Notes: generated by a model not told the origin, from the sequence alone. A stretch of 11,389 nt of DNA from Okeania sp. (GCF_035285525.1 NZ_JAYKGW010000197.1:1-11389); one strand, 5' to 3'. Counted from the first letter of the stretch, positions 1 through 7,647 are shown. Translations and numbers: made by a program.

Positions 1-640
1 ATCAACGATATTTTCCTTCCTGATTCCTTTATCTGTTAATGCTTTTATATTTCATCAGCCAACTCTATTTCCAAGAAATTATCAAGTTATGTTTGCCAAA
101 TATTCCGTAGTAACAAAAAAGATTATCAATGATATTTTACTTCCTTTTCCTTATCTATCTGTTAATGCTTTTATATTTCATCAGCCAACTCTATTTCCAA
201 GAAATTATCAAGTTATATTTGCCCAATATTCCGTAGTAACAAAAAAGGTTGTCAATGATATTTTACTTCCTGATTCCTTTATCTGTTAATGCTTTTATAT
301 TTCATCAGCAAATTCTATTTCCAAGAAATTATCAACGATATTTTCCTTCCTGATTCCTTTATCTGTTAATGCTTTTATATTTCATCAACCAACTCTATTT
401 CCAAGAAATTATCAAGTTATGTTTGCCAAATATTCCGTAGTAACAAAAAAGATTATCAATGATATTTTCCTTCCTTTTTCCTTATCTATCTGTTAATGCT
501 TTTATATTTCATCAACCAACTCTATTTCCAAGAAATTATCAAGTTATATTTGCACAATATTCCGTAGTAACAAAAAAAGATTGTCAATGATATTTGACTT
601 CCTCCTTCCTTCTTCCTGATTCCTTCTTCCTTAAACTTAT
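1..640. repeat. Higher-order tandem repeat array, truncated by the left window edge. Units start at 1, 125, 251, 331, 455 and 583. Long units are about 124-128 nt and one short unit is 80 nt. The three-unit block 1-330 is repeated at 331-~625.
   Basis: Direct alignment by eye shows that 1-250 and 331-582 differ at only a handful of substitutions and two 1-nt indels. The short unit (251-330) lacks the segment 'gttatgtttgccaaatattccgtagtaacaaaaaagatt'. The last, partial unit degenerates into a CT-rich tract ending about 10 nt before the ATG at 646. The sequence between conserved parts is itself repeated, so this is not a CRISPR array. Confidence 0.95.
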
Positions 641-645
641 AAAAA

Positions 646-1746
646 ATGCGCTTAAAATCTCTCGACGTATTTCGTGGAATTACAATTGCTAGTATGATTC
701 TTGTTAATAACCCAGGCAATTGGAATTATGTTTATCAACCCTTACTTCATGCAAAATGGCATGGTTGTACACCCACAGATTTAATATTCCCTTTTTTCTT
801 ATTTATTGCAGGCGTAGCTATGACTTTTTCCCTGTCAAAATACACCGATAAAAATAAACCTACTCCACAAATTTATCAAAGAACTTTCCGGCGATGCTTA
901 ATACTTTTCCTATTAGGTTTACTCCTAAATGGCTTTCCTAACTACAACTTAAATACTATTAGAATAATGGGAGTATTACAACGTATTAGTTTAGCCTACC
1001 TTTTTGCAGCAATAGCCATTCTTAACCTTTCCCGAAAACAACTTTACTGGCTTTCCGCTACACTACTAATTGGATACTCAATAGCCATGCAATTAATACC
1101 CGTTCCTGGTCATGGTATTGGCAACCTTTCCCCAGAAGGAAACCTTGGTGCTTATATTGACCGACTCATTCTTACCCAACAACATTTATGGGCAAACAAA
1201 CCTTATGACCCAGAAGGATTATTTAGCACTTTACCCGCCATAGTAACTGTTTTGATTGGTTACTTTACAGGAGAATGGCTCAAAAGTCAATCAATCAAAA
1301 GTCGTACCAGTTTAAACTTAGTAATTTCTGGTTTAATCTGTTTAGTAGTCGGGTATTTGTGGGGAATATTTTTTCCTATCAATAAAGTTTTATGGACAAG
1401 TTCCTATGTAATATTTACTGCTGGATATGCTCTACTTTTATTAGCTATTTGTTATGAGGTAATTGAAGTTAGAGGTTGGCAAAAATGGGGATATCCATTT
1501 CAAGCAATGGGGTTAAATGCCATATTTATATTTGTTGGTTCTGGATTGTTAGCAAGATTAATGATTTATAACTATATTAATAGTGCAGAAAATTCCCCTA
1601 ATATCAAAACTTGGATATATGAACAATTTTTCCAATCTTGGGCAGGTTCATTGAATGGTTCTTTGATTTTTGCGATTGTCAATGTATTATTTTGGTGGGG
1701 AATTTCTGATTTAATGTATCGTCGAAATTGGTTTATTAAAGTATGA
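646..1746 (+). CDS. Multi-pass membrane acyltransferase of the heparan-alpha-glucosaminide N-acetyltransferase-like family (DUF5009/DUF1624, COG4299 type)
   Basis: 366-aa ORF. The N-terminus 'RLKSLDVFRGITIASMILVNNPGNW...LLHAKWHGCTPTDLIFPFFLFIAGVAM' matches the signature I recall for this family. The rest is strongly hydrophobic with multiple predicted TM segments. Confidence 0.85.
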   Translation: MRLKSLDVFRGITIASMILVNNPGNWNYVYQPLLHAKWHGCTPTDLIFPFFLFIAGVAMTFSLSKYTDKNKPTPQIYQRTFRRCLILFLLGLLLNGFPNYNLNTIRIMGVLQRISLAYLFAAIAILNLSRKQLYWLSATLLIGYSIAMQLIPVPGHGIGNLSPEGNLGAYIDRLILTQQHLWANKPYDPEGLFSTLPAIVTVLIGYFTGEWLKSQSIKSRTSLNLVISGLICLVVGYLWGIFFPINKVLWTSSYVIFTAGYALLLLAICYEVIEVRGWQKWGYPFQAMGLNAIFIFVGSGLLARLMIYNYINSAENSPNIKTWIYEQFFQSWAGSLNGSLIFAIVNVLFWWGISDLMYRRNWFIKV

Positions 1747-1827
1747 GTATTCAGGTATAGTAATCCTAATTTTTATTATTGGGTAATTTCATATTTGCAG
1801 AAATATTTTTTCCCTATTTCCTATTCC

Positions 1828-1860
1828 CTAAAATAGTTAAAAAACTAAAATAGTTAAAAA
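1828..1860. repeat. Short tandem duplication: 16-nt 'ctaaaatagttaaaaa' x2 with a 17-nt period
   Basis: Copies at 1828-1843 and 1845-1860 are identical. They are preceded by 'tccctatttcctattcccta', which is related to the ctcccta heptamers elsewhere in the window. Confidence 0.9.
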
Positions 1861-1865
1861 TAAAC

Positions 1866-2182
1866 GTAAGCATTTCTTGCGGAATGCTGTGCCAACAGCT
1901 ATTAGCTTTCAGCTTGAGCGCAATGTTCTTCAAACCTTAAGGAAGAAGTTTAAGTTAATATATTTGAAGTCTGTTTTTTTTAGTCAAAATTAATTATGAT
2001 TTAATCAATAAAGCTTTGATCTAAAACTAAGAGGACTTACGCAGCCACCCTAGATATAGTGCTTAAAACCCCATGCGCAATGGTTTTTTAACTCTATATA
2101 TAGTACCTTGGTGTAAGTCCTGACTAAAAGATAGCTGAGAGCTGACTGCTGAATGCTGTTTGCGTAGCATTCCAGAGGAAAT
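1866..2182. mobile_element. MITE/SDR-like element with long (~45-nt) imperfect terminal inverted repeats. It carries a second hairpin element nested inside.
   Basis: The left arm 1872-1914 ('atttcttgcggaatgctgtgccaacagctattagctttcagct') is an imperfect reverse complement of the right arm 2133-2182 ('agctgagagctgactgctgaatgctgtttgcgtagcattccagaggaaat'). Each arm also contains a local agcatt/aatgct hairpin. The exact boundaries are uncertain. Confidence 0.55.
2032..2123. mobile_element. Small hairpin MITE-like element with aggacttac(g/a)c termini, nested in the 1866-2182 element
   Basis: 'aggacttacgca' (2032-2043) faces 'ggtgtaagtcct' (2111-2122). The interior is also self-complementary: 'ctagatatagtgcttaaaacc' versus 'ggttttttaactctatatatag'. 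The termini match those of the element at 10875-11008. Confidence 0.6.
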
Positions 2183-2206
2183 ATTTACAAATAAACATAT
2201 TTGAAA

Positions 2207-3055
2207 ATGAATATTAACCAAGATAATTTTATAGTTCGTCCGATGACTTTAGCTGATTTAAAATTAGCTATAAGTTGGGCTGCTAATGAAGGATGGAATC
2301 CTGGAATCGATGATGTTAATAATTTTTATGTAGCCGATCCGGAAGGTTTTTTAATTGGAGAATTAAACGGCGAACCAATAAGTTGTATTTCTATGGTCAG
2401 ATATAGTAAAAATTTTAATTTTGTTGGTATTTATATTGTCAAACCTGAATGGAGAAAAAAAGGATATGGTTTCAGAACTTGGCAAGAAGCTTTCAAATTA
2501 ATTAATAATCAATCTGCTGCTTTAGATGCTGTTTTAGAACAAGTTAATACTTACCGTAAATCTGGCTTTGAACCTGCTCATAGTCATCTCCGTTATCAAG
2601 GAATAATTCCTGGTAAAATATCTCCAGATATTCAAGACTTAAAGACTGTTAATTTTGAGAAAATTTGTAGTTACGATAGCCTTTATTTTCCTGCTGAACG
2701 TTCTAATTTCCTTAAATCATGGATTAATCAACCAAATGGTAAAAGTTATGGAATAATTAATGATGGAAATTTAATTGGTTATGGGGTGATTAGAAAAGCT
2801 CAAGAAGGATTTAAGATCGGTCCTATATTTGCTGAAAATCGAGAAATAGCAGAAAAGTTATTTTTGGCTTTATGCAGTTATTCCGACAATCAAAATGTTT
2901 ATATTGATGTTCCAAATATTAATCAACCAGCTATTAATTTAGTAGAAGATTATCAAATGCAATGTGTTTTTGAATGTGTCAGAATGTATTCTGTTCAAAA
3001 ACCAAATCTTGATTGGCAAAATATTTTTGGTGTGACTAGCTTAGAGTTAGGATAA
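2207..3055 (+). CDS. GNAT-family N-acetyltransferase: N-terminal GNAT domain plus a C-terminal YitH-like acetyltransferase-fold domain
   Basis: The ORF track starts at TTG 2201, but ATG 2207 two codons later is the more likely start. The acetyl-CoA motif A-like segment is 'IYIVKPEWRKKGYGFRTWQEA'. The ~280-aa two-lobed architecture is typical of this GNAT subgroup. Confidence 0.85.
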   Translation: MNINQDNFIVRPMTLADLKLAISWAANEGWNPGIDDVNNFYVADPEGFLIGELNGEPISCISMVRYSKNFNFVGIYIVKPEWRKKGYGFRTWQEAFKLINNQSAALDAVLEQVNTYRKSGFEPAHSHLRYQGIIPGKISPDIQDLKTVNFEKICSYDSLYFPAERSNFLKSWINQPNGKSYGIINDGNLIGYGVIRKAQEGFKIGPIFAENREIAEKLFLALCSYSDNQNVYIDVPNINQPAINLVEDYQMQCVFECVRMYSVQKPNLDWQNIFGVTSLELG

Positions 3056-3161
3056 ACTTTCAAGAGGATTTAATAGAGTCAATGAAAATTTATCAATTAG
3101 GAACCAGGAAAATAGGATGTATCTCAATTTTGAATAAAACCAAAAACTTACTCCTTTTAGG

Positions 3162-3189
3162 GAATAGGTATGGAAAGAATAGGTATGGA
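3162..3189. repeat. 13-nt 'gaataggtatgga' x2 with a 15-nt period
   Basis: Identical copies lie at 3162-3174 and 3177-3189, inside the probably spurious ORF 3082-3267. Confidence 0.9.
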
Positions 3190-3297
3190 GAAAAAAAGTA
3201 TTTTGGCAAATGTGAGATGCACCCGGAAAATACCTTCTTTTTTATCATAAAATTCTACAAACATTAGTAATGGAAGAAATTTTTCAGAAAATCTAAT

Positions 3298-3325
3298 TTG
3301 ACAAAAGGTTGAGCAATTTTATTAA
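3298..3325 (+). promoter_or_regulatory. Candidate sigma70-type promoter upstream of the ATP-grasp pseudogene
   Basis: TTGACA (3298-3303), a 16-nt spacer, then TATTAA (3320-3325). This rests on sequence match only. Confidence 0.25.
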
Positions 3326-3497
3326 AGGCAAATTATAGTTGTATTTGCCCTTAATAAAAAATATACTTAAGGAGTGAGGATAAAATATCCTCCATGAATA
3401 TTGGCACTTGAGTATAGTAATGAAATACTTCTGTGCAGAAAATATGGAAGTTAATAAATCCTCATTCCTTACTTTGTTTATATTTCAAAAATTAATT

Positions 3498-4672
3498 ATG
3501 TTCTTTGTAGATAAACCATATATATCAGAATTTTTCAAAGCTACTATTAGAGATAACGCTATTCCTGTAGTAGGTACAGATATAGCTCAAAAAATGAACC
3601 TTTATAGTGGCACAAACATAATTACTGAAGACCAAGCAATAGAGATAGTAAAACAATTAAAAAATCCACCTATTTATACTACCTCTCAAAATTCCTATCA
3701 TTGGATATCAGAACATTTACATTTCAGTGATATTTCTGAACAAATATAACTGTTTAAGAATAAGTCGAAATTTCGGCAACTAATAAAATCAATTTTTCCT
3801 AACTTCTATTTTAGAGAGATACCTAAAAAAGACCTAAAAAGAATTGAATTAGAGCAAATTCCACTACCATTTATTATCAAACCAAAAATTCTTTTTTAAC
3901 CATGGGAGTTTATCAAGTCTCAAATTATAACGAATGAGTGAAAACCATCGATTTAATCACAGAAGAAATAGCTTAAACTAAAAACTTATATCCTGAATGT
4001 ACATTAAACACCAATTCATTGATCATTGAAGAGTATATTAACAGTGAAGAATTTGCTGTTGATGCTTACTATAACTCCATTGGTTAACCAATTATTATGG
4101 GAATTTTTAAGCATATGTTTTCTTGAGAAAATAGTTTCAGTCATAGAGTTTATTTTTCATCGAAAGAAATTATTGAAAGTTACTTTTACGAATTTACAAA
4201 TTTGCTCAAAAAAATTGGTAACTTGGCTAAAGTAAAGAACTTTCCAGTACATATTGAGCTGAGAAGAAATAGTAATAGTATTTTATTACCTATTGAAATC
4301 AACCCAATTCGATTTGGTCCTTGGTGCAGTACCGCAGATTTATCTTTCTTAGCTTATGGTTTTAACCCCTACTTATATTTTTCTTACCAGAAAAAGCCAG
4401 ATTGTTCTAAAGTTTTTCAAGGAAAAGAAAGAAAATTATTTAGTCTAGTTATATTAGATAATTCTACTGGTAAAAATATCAATGAAATTACATCATTTAA
4501 TTACGAGAAATTGCTATCAAATTTTGAAAAACCCATAGACTTAAGAAAGATAGATTACAAACAATATTCTATTTTTGGTATCCTGTTTATATAAACTAGA
4601 GAAGAAAATTTTATGGAAATTCAAAACATATTAGATTCAGATTTAAGTGAATTTATTACAGTAAATAAATAG
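3498..4672 (+). pseudogene. Decayed ATP-grasp domain protein gene with six premature stops and one frameshift
   Basis: Stitched translation reads as one ATP-grasp protein: 'MFFVDKPYISEFF...SEQI*LFKNKSKFRQLIKSIFPNFYFREI...PLPFIIKPKILF' [frameshift in the T6 run 3892-3897] 'TMGVYQVSNYNE*VKTIDLITEEIA*TKNLYPECTLNTNSLIIEEYINSEEFAVDAYYNSIG*PIIMGIFKHMFS*ENSFSHRVYFSSKEII...FPVHIELRRNS..LPIEINPIRFGPWCSTADLSFLAYGFNPY...IFGILFI*TREENFMEIQNILDSDLSEFITVNK*'. In-frame stops are TAA 3747, TGA 3935, TAA 3974, TAA 4085, TGA 4124 and TAA 4592. The native stop is TAG 4670-4672. The 'EEYI.GEEF.VD' and 'E(I/V)NP.R' segments are ATP-grasp hallmarks. Confidence 0.8.
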
Positions 4673-4777
4673 CTGTAAGCATTCCGCAATAAATCCTGAT
4701 TCATGAATCCTTATAAATAGGTTAATACATTAAAAATTAATCTGAAGTTTTTAGCTATATTCAAAGTATTTTAGATG

Positions 4778-4923
4778 GTAAGCATTTAGCTATCAGCTAT
4801 TAATTCTTAACAAAGTAAAACAATCCTGGAAATTTAGAAATAATAAAAAGTTACTGTCCAAGTTCCCTTCCTAAAACTCAGAAGTAATTATTCATTACTA
4901 ATTCCTAATAGCTGACTGCTTAC
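4778..4923. mobile_element. MITE/SDR-like element bounded by gtaagca...cagctatt inverted termini
   Basis: Left end 'gtaagcatttagctatcagctatt' (4778-4801) pairs with right end 'aatagctgactgcttac' (4907-4923), whose reverse complement is gtaagcagtcagctatt. The motif 'gtaagcatt' recurs at 1866 and 4675. 'agct(a/g)nnagct' modules recur at 1897, 2133-2150, 4788 and 4910. Confidence 0.4.
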
Positions 4924-5090
4924 TTGAGAATATCTTAAAAAAAGATGCTAAATGGATTATAAATAGCAATTCCTAATAACATCTAGCTAAACTCCTAAAA
5001 AGTTTGCTAAAATTATAAACTGCTAATTATATTGATTATTAATGTCAATATTGTTGACTTTTAAATTAGGAAAATTTTGACTTAAAAAAT

Positions 5091-5669
5091 ATGGTTCCAA
5101 CCGTTATTGAACAATCTGGACGTGGCGAAAGAGCATTCGATATTTACTCTCGTCTACTGCGCGATCGCATAATTTATCTAGGAGAAGCTATAGATTCCGA
5201 GCTGGCCAATTTAATTGTAGCCCAATTATTATTTTTAGACTCAGAAGACCCAGAAAAAGATATTTACTTATATATAAATTCCCCTGGTGGTTCCGTTAGT
5301 GCGGGGATGGGTATTTATGACACAATGAGACACGTTCGACCTGATGTGTCTACTATTTGTATGGGAATAGCTGCTAGTATGGGAGCATTTCTTCTAAGTG
5401 GTGGAACAAAAGGTAAAAGAATGAGTCTACCACACTCTCGCATTATGATCCACCAACCATTAGGTGGTGCGGAAGGTCAAGCTACAGATATTGAAATTCA
5501 AGCTAAAGAGATTTTATACCTCAAAAAATATCTCAATGAATGTTTAGCAGAACACACGGGTCAAACCCTAGAAAAAATTACTGAAGATACAGAAAGAGAC
5601 TTTTTTATGTCAGCTACCGAAGCAGTGGAATACGGTATAATAGACCAAGTTTATAACCGTAATAATTAG
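5091..5669 (+). CDS. clpP: ATP-dependent Clp protease proteolytic subunit ClpP (catalytically competent paralogue)
   Basis: The 192-aa protein has unmistakable ClpP sequence ('[19 protein letters not shown]', 'YINSPGGSV'). The catalytic triad contexts are present: Ser in '[11 protein letters not shown]', His in 'IMIHQPLGG', Asp in 'ERDFFMSA'. No clpX or clpR is adjacent, and the next gene is convergent. Confidence 0.95.
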   Translation: MVPTVIEQSGRGERAFDIYSRLLRDRIIYLGEAIDSELANLIVAQLLFLDSEDPEKDIYLYINSPGGSVSAGMGIYDTMRHVRPDVSTICMGIAASMGAFLLSGGTKGKRMSLPHSRIMIHQPLGGAEGQATDIEIQAKEILYLKKYLNECLAEHTGQTLEKITEDTERDFFMSATEAVEYGIIDQVYNRNN

Positions 5670-5703
5670 AGAATAGAGTGATGGGGAGTAATTTTTTTTG
5701 CTC

Positions 5704-5742
5704 AACTCTTGCTCAATCAAGTTAGCATTTTGAGCAAGAGTT
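5704..5742 (+). terminator. Perfect 13-bp stem-loop 35 nt downstream of the clpP stop. This is a possible terminator but it lacks a canonical U-tract.
   Basis: 'aactcttgctcaa' (5704-5716), a 13-nt loop, then 'ttgagcaagagtt' (5730-5742). A T8 run precedes the stem rather than following it, so it does not fit a canonical intrinsic terminator on either strand. Confidence 0.35.
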
Positions 5743-5854
5743 TATCTAAGAACCAGCGCACTTTTTTACATCCTAAAAATGTTAAAACTTTTATTCTGTA
5801 GGGAGGTTGGCTCCAACGTCCTTAGGACTCTATAACTCCTATTCTTTCTGACTC

Positions 5855-5884
5855 TTAACTACTCCCTACTCCCTACCTTTATTA
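5855..5884. repeat. STRR-like block 'ttaacta(ctcccta)x2 cctttatta'
   Basis: This is the same block as 6035-6071 but with two heptamer copies instead of three. Confidence 0.85.
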
Positions 5885-6034
5885 ATTATGAATTAGGGTT
5901 TCCGTAAGAAAATATAAAAGGATTTATAGATAAATCTTTGAGAATTTTTAGGTAGAGAAAAAGTACCAGTTTTTAGGTCAAAAAGGTACGGTTCCCGAAA
6001 AATCAAAAACTTACCAGAATAAGGCTCACAACTA

Positions 6035-6071
6035 TTAACTACTCCCTACTCCCTACTCCCTACCTTTATTA
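6035..6071. repeat. STRR-like block 'ttaacta(ctcccta)x3 cctttatta', immediately downstream of the stop of the minus-strand gene
   Basis: This is a direct repeat of 5855-5884 with one extra ctcccta heptamer. It ends 3 nt from the stop codon (6075-6077, minus strand). Confidence 0.85.
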
Positions 6072-6074
6072 TTA

Positions 6075-7274
6075 TTAAAGCCCTTCTAAATGTTGTAAAA
6101 AGTGTTGTAATTTCTCAAAAGAAAGCCTTGTGCGACCTTCCTCCCCATAATTTTGTTTGAGAAAAGTTTTTCCTTTTGTTGCATTCCAACCTAAACGTTT
6201 AATTTCATTAGTAGTCTTGACAAATACTTCTAAATACTGCAAAAAACTTTGTAATTCATCTATACTTAATTGCTCTAAAGAATCTTTATTATGATTGTAT
6301 TGAAAATAATCTTTTTGCTGCTTTGCTTTCCAACCTTGACTCTTAATTTCCTTAGTTACTCTCTGTAAAATATCTAAATATTCACAGAAATCTGATAATT
6401 CTTCAGAGGTTAAAAATTGTCGTGTTTTTTGACCATAGTTTTGCTCTAAAAAATCTCGCTCATTCTCTTTTGTCCACCCTAAACTATCCATCAAAATATC
6501 TATATTAACATTATCATCAGATACATCCTGTGATAAATCTGAGGCAGAAACTTTATTATTACTACTTATTGACTCAGTTAAGTTTATTTCCGAATTTATT
6601 GGTTCTGATTTAGTGATTTCATTGGCTAGATGACTTGTATAATCTATTATATTCTTCCCAACTTCATCAATCTTTTCTTTTTCCTGACTATAACTTGCAT
6701 CTAACCAACTATCATCAAATTCACTTAAACCTTGTTGAACAGAATCAGATACATGATCATCATCAATACTAGACGACTTTGTAGTGATAAATTCATCCTT
6801 TTTTAGACCCGTAGAAATTTCAGAATTAATATTAGAATCTACCGTAATAAATTCATCCTTTTTTAGACCCGTAGAAATTTCTTTTTTCTCTAAAGCAGAC
6901 GAAACAGTTGAAGTGTCAGAAACTTCCTTTAAATCTATATTTAATCCTGTTTTTGCTTTTGCTAATTTCTCTGTTTTTGTTGGTAAAGGAGTATTGACAG
7001 AATTTGTATCTGGTATAGAGGTTGTCGAAGATGGAGGAGACACAATAGAAGTCTGAGGTCCAGAAAAAGATGTATCAAACTTAAGAGTAGCAAGCGATCG
7101 CTCCCTGGCTTTATCTTCTGCCAACTCCACAGTATCAGCAGAGCCTAATCCAGTGGCTAAAGTTTCACCATTCACCTGGACTAGGACACGAACTACATAT
7201 TTACCGTTATGAATAGTAATTAACTCAGAAATTAAACAGCCTGTAGGATAAAAAGCTCGAAAACGTTCTAACAT
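6075..7274 (-). CDS. Hypothetical protein with three parts: a ~65-aa N-terminal globular domain (possibly dsRBD-like), a long Ser/Thr/Asp/Glu-rich low-complexity linker, and three C-terminal ~48-aa repeats
   Basis: 399-aa ORF containing a HIP1 site. The C-terminal repeats are 'GWTKENERDFLEQNYGQKTRQFLTSEELSDFCEYLDILQRVTKEIKSQ', 'GWKAKQQKDYFQYNHNKDSLEQLSIDELQSFLQYLEVFVKTTNEIKRL' and 'GWNATKGKTFLKQNYGEEGRTRLSFEKLQHFLQHLEGL'. There is an internal 35-nt perfect in-frame duplication (6787-6821 and 6847-6881). I do not recognise a named family. Confidence 0.8.
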   Translation of the reverse strand: MLERFRAFYPTGCLISELITIHNGKYVVRVLVQVNGETLATGLGSADTVELAEDKARERSLATLKFDTSFSGPQTSIVSPPSSTTSIPDTNSVNTPLPTKTEKLAKAKTGLNIDLKEVSDTSTVSSALEKKEISTGLKKDEFITVDSNINSEISTGLKKDEFITTKSSSIDDDHVSDSVQQGLSEFDDSWLDASYSQEKEKIDEVGKNIIDYTSHLANEITKSEPINSEINLTESISSNNKVSASDLSQDVSDDNVNIDILMDSLGWTKENERDFLEQNYGQKTRQFLTSEELSDFCEYLDILQRVTKEIKSQGWKAKQQKDYFQYNHNKDSLEQLSIDELQSFLQYLEVFVKTTNEIKRLGWNATKGKTFLKQNYGEEGRTRLSFEKLQHFLQHLEGL

Positions 7275-7302
7275 AATTCTTTACTTGGTGAAACCTGAAT
7301 AA

Positions 7303-7332
7303 ATTTTAATGTCCAATCTATTAGATTAGCAA
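7303..7332 (-). promoter_or_regulatory. Candidate promoter for the 6075-7274 gene
   Basis: On the minus strand: TTGCTA (7332-7327), an 18-nt spacer, then TAAAAT (7308-7303). The -10 hexamer ends 28 nt upstream of the ATG (7274-7272). This rests on sequence match only. Confidence 0.25.
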
Positions 7333-7435
7333 AAAATAGTTTTGCCAGAAGTCTAATTTGGAGCTATTATGAAACTTACACTGAAAAAAGGCCAAATGGC
7401 AATTCGGGGCCATCAAAAGAAATAAGAGGAGTAGG

Positions 7436-7464
7436 TTGACAAAAGTAACCATAACAAGGATAAT
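7436..7464 (+). promoter_or_regulatory. Near-consensus sigma70-type promoter pointing into the ORF-free repeat region, about 900 nt upstream of the RNase II/R-family gene
   Basis: TTGACA (7436-7441), an exact 17-nt spacer, then GATAAT (7459-7464). No plausible ORF with a ribosome-binding site follows. Confidence 0.4.
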
Positions 7465-7608
7465 GTCTTTCGATTAAATTGTGCTTTGCCCCAACTTACT
7501 TACTTCTCCAAATAAAAATTTCTCCACCTATGCCCATTAATTCTGAATCAATGTTCAATTGTTTGAGTAATTAATTCAACGGAGGAAGTCAAACCACAAC
7601 AAGCATTT

Positions 7609-7634
7609 TATGTCTGAAAGGAAAGCTCTGAGTT
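7609..7634. repeat. Left copy of a 26/27-nt direct repeat 'tatgt(c/gc)tgaaaggaaagctct(g/a)agtt'
   Basis: It matches 8050-8076 with one substitution and one 1-nt indel. The two copies bracket the hairpin-rich block. Confidence 0.85.
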
Positions 7635-7647
7635 CCCCAAATACTTC

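Noticed and set aside
1-640. CRISPR array or NsiR1-like sRNA tandem array
   Set aside because: The segments between the most conserved parts are themselves repeated, so there are no unique spacers. Units are about 125 nt, and I found no per-unit terminator hairpin and no TCCGGA motif.
89-719. Track ORFs 89-289 (+) and 522-719 (-) inside the tandem array
   Set aside because: They are open only because one repeat unit is 126 nt, a multiple of 3. The translations are low-complexity echoes of the repeat, there is no RBS, and 522-719 overlaps the well-supported acyltransferase start. They are most likely non-coding.
3082-3267. 61-aa ORF between the GNAT gene and the ATP-grasp pseudogene
   Set aside because: It is Lys/Asn/Phe-rich and contains a 13-nt tandem DNA duplication. 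It has no convincing RBS and no recognisable motif, so it is probably a chance ORF in AT-rich spacer DNA.
3408-3497. N-terminal 30 codons of track ORF 3408-3749
   Set aside because: ATP-grasp-like sequence begins at Met 3498 ('MFFVDKPY...'). The upstream 30 codons look like read-through of spacer, and the track start is a non-ATG codon.
3747-4594. Stop-codon recoding or an alternative genetic code as the explanation for the in-frame stops in the ATP-grasp gene
   Set aside because: TGA, TAA and TAG all act as genuine terminators of the well-conserved neighbours (TGA 1744 and 10689, TAA 3053, TAG 5667). A frameshift is also present, so ordinary pseudogenisation is the simpler explanation.
5050-5090. 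Promoter for clpP (two TTGACT hexamers at 5055 and 5078)
   Set aside because: I could not pair either hexamer with a convincing -10 element at 16-18 nt spacing, so I left it uncalled rather than guess.
6784-7056. 90-aa + strand ORF antisense to the 6075-7274 gene
   Set aside because: It lies wholly inside the longer minus-strand ORF, and its sequence is the antisense echo of the 35-nt duplication. There is no independent support.
7369-7425. 18-aa ORF 'MKLTLKKGQMAIRGHQKK' with GGAG 5 nt upstream of the ATG
   Set aside because: The spacing is good, but ORFs of this size arise by chance in AT-rich DNA. It lies upstream of the only strong + strand promoter candidate, and I cannot assess conservation. 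It is worth a ribosome-profiling look but is not callable.
7581-7590. 'ggaggaagtc' resembling the RNase P RNA P4 motif GAGGAAAGTCC
   Set aside because: The match is imperfect, and the flanking conserved rnpB segments (for example GGGCTC immediately after it, and the other P4 strand) are absent.
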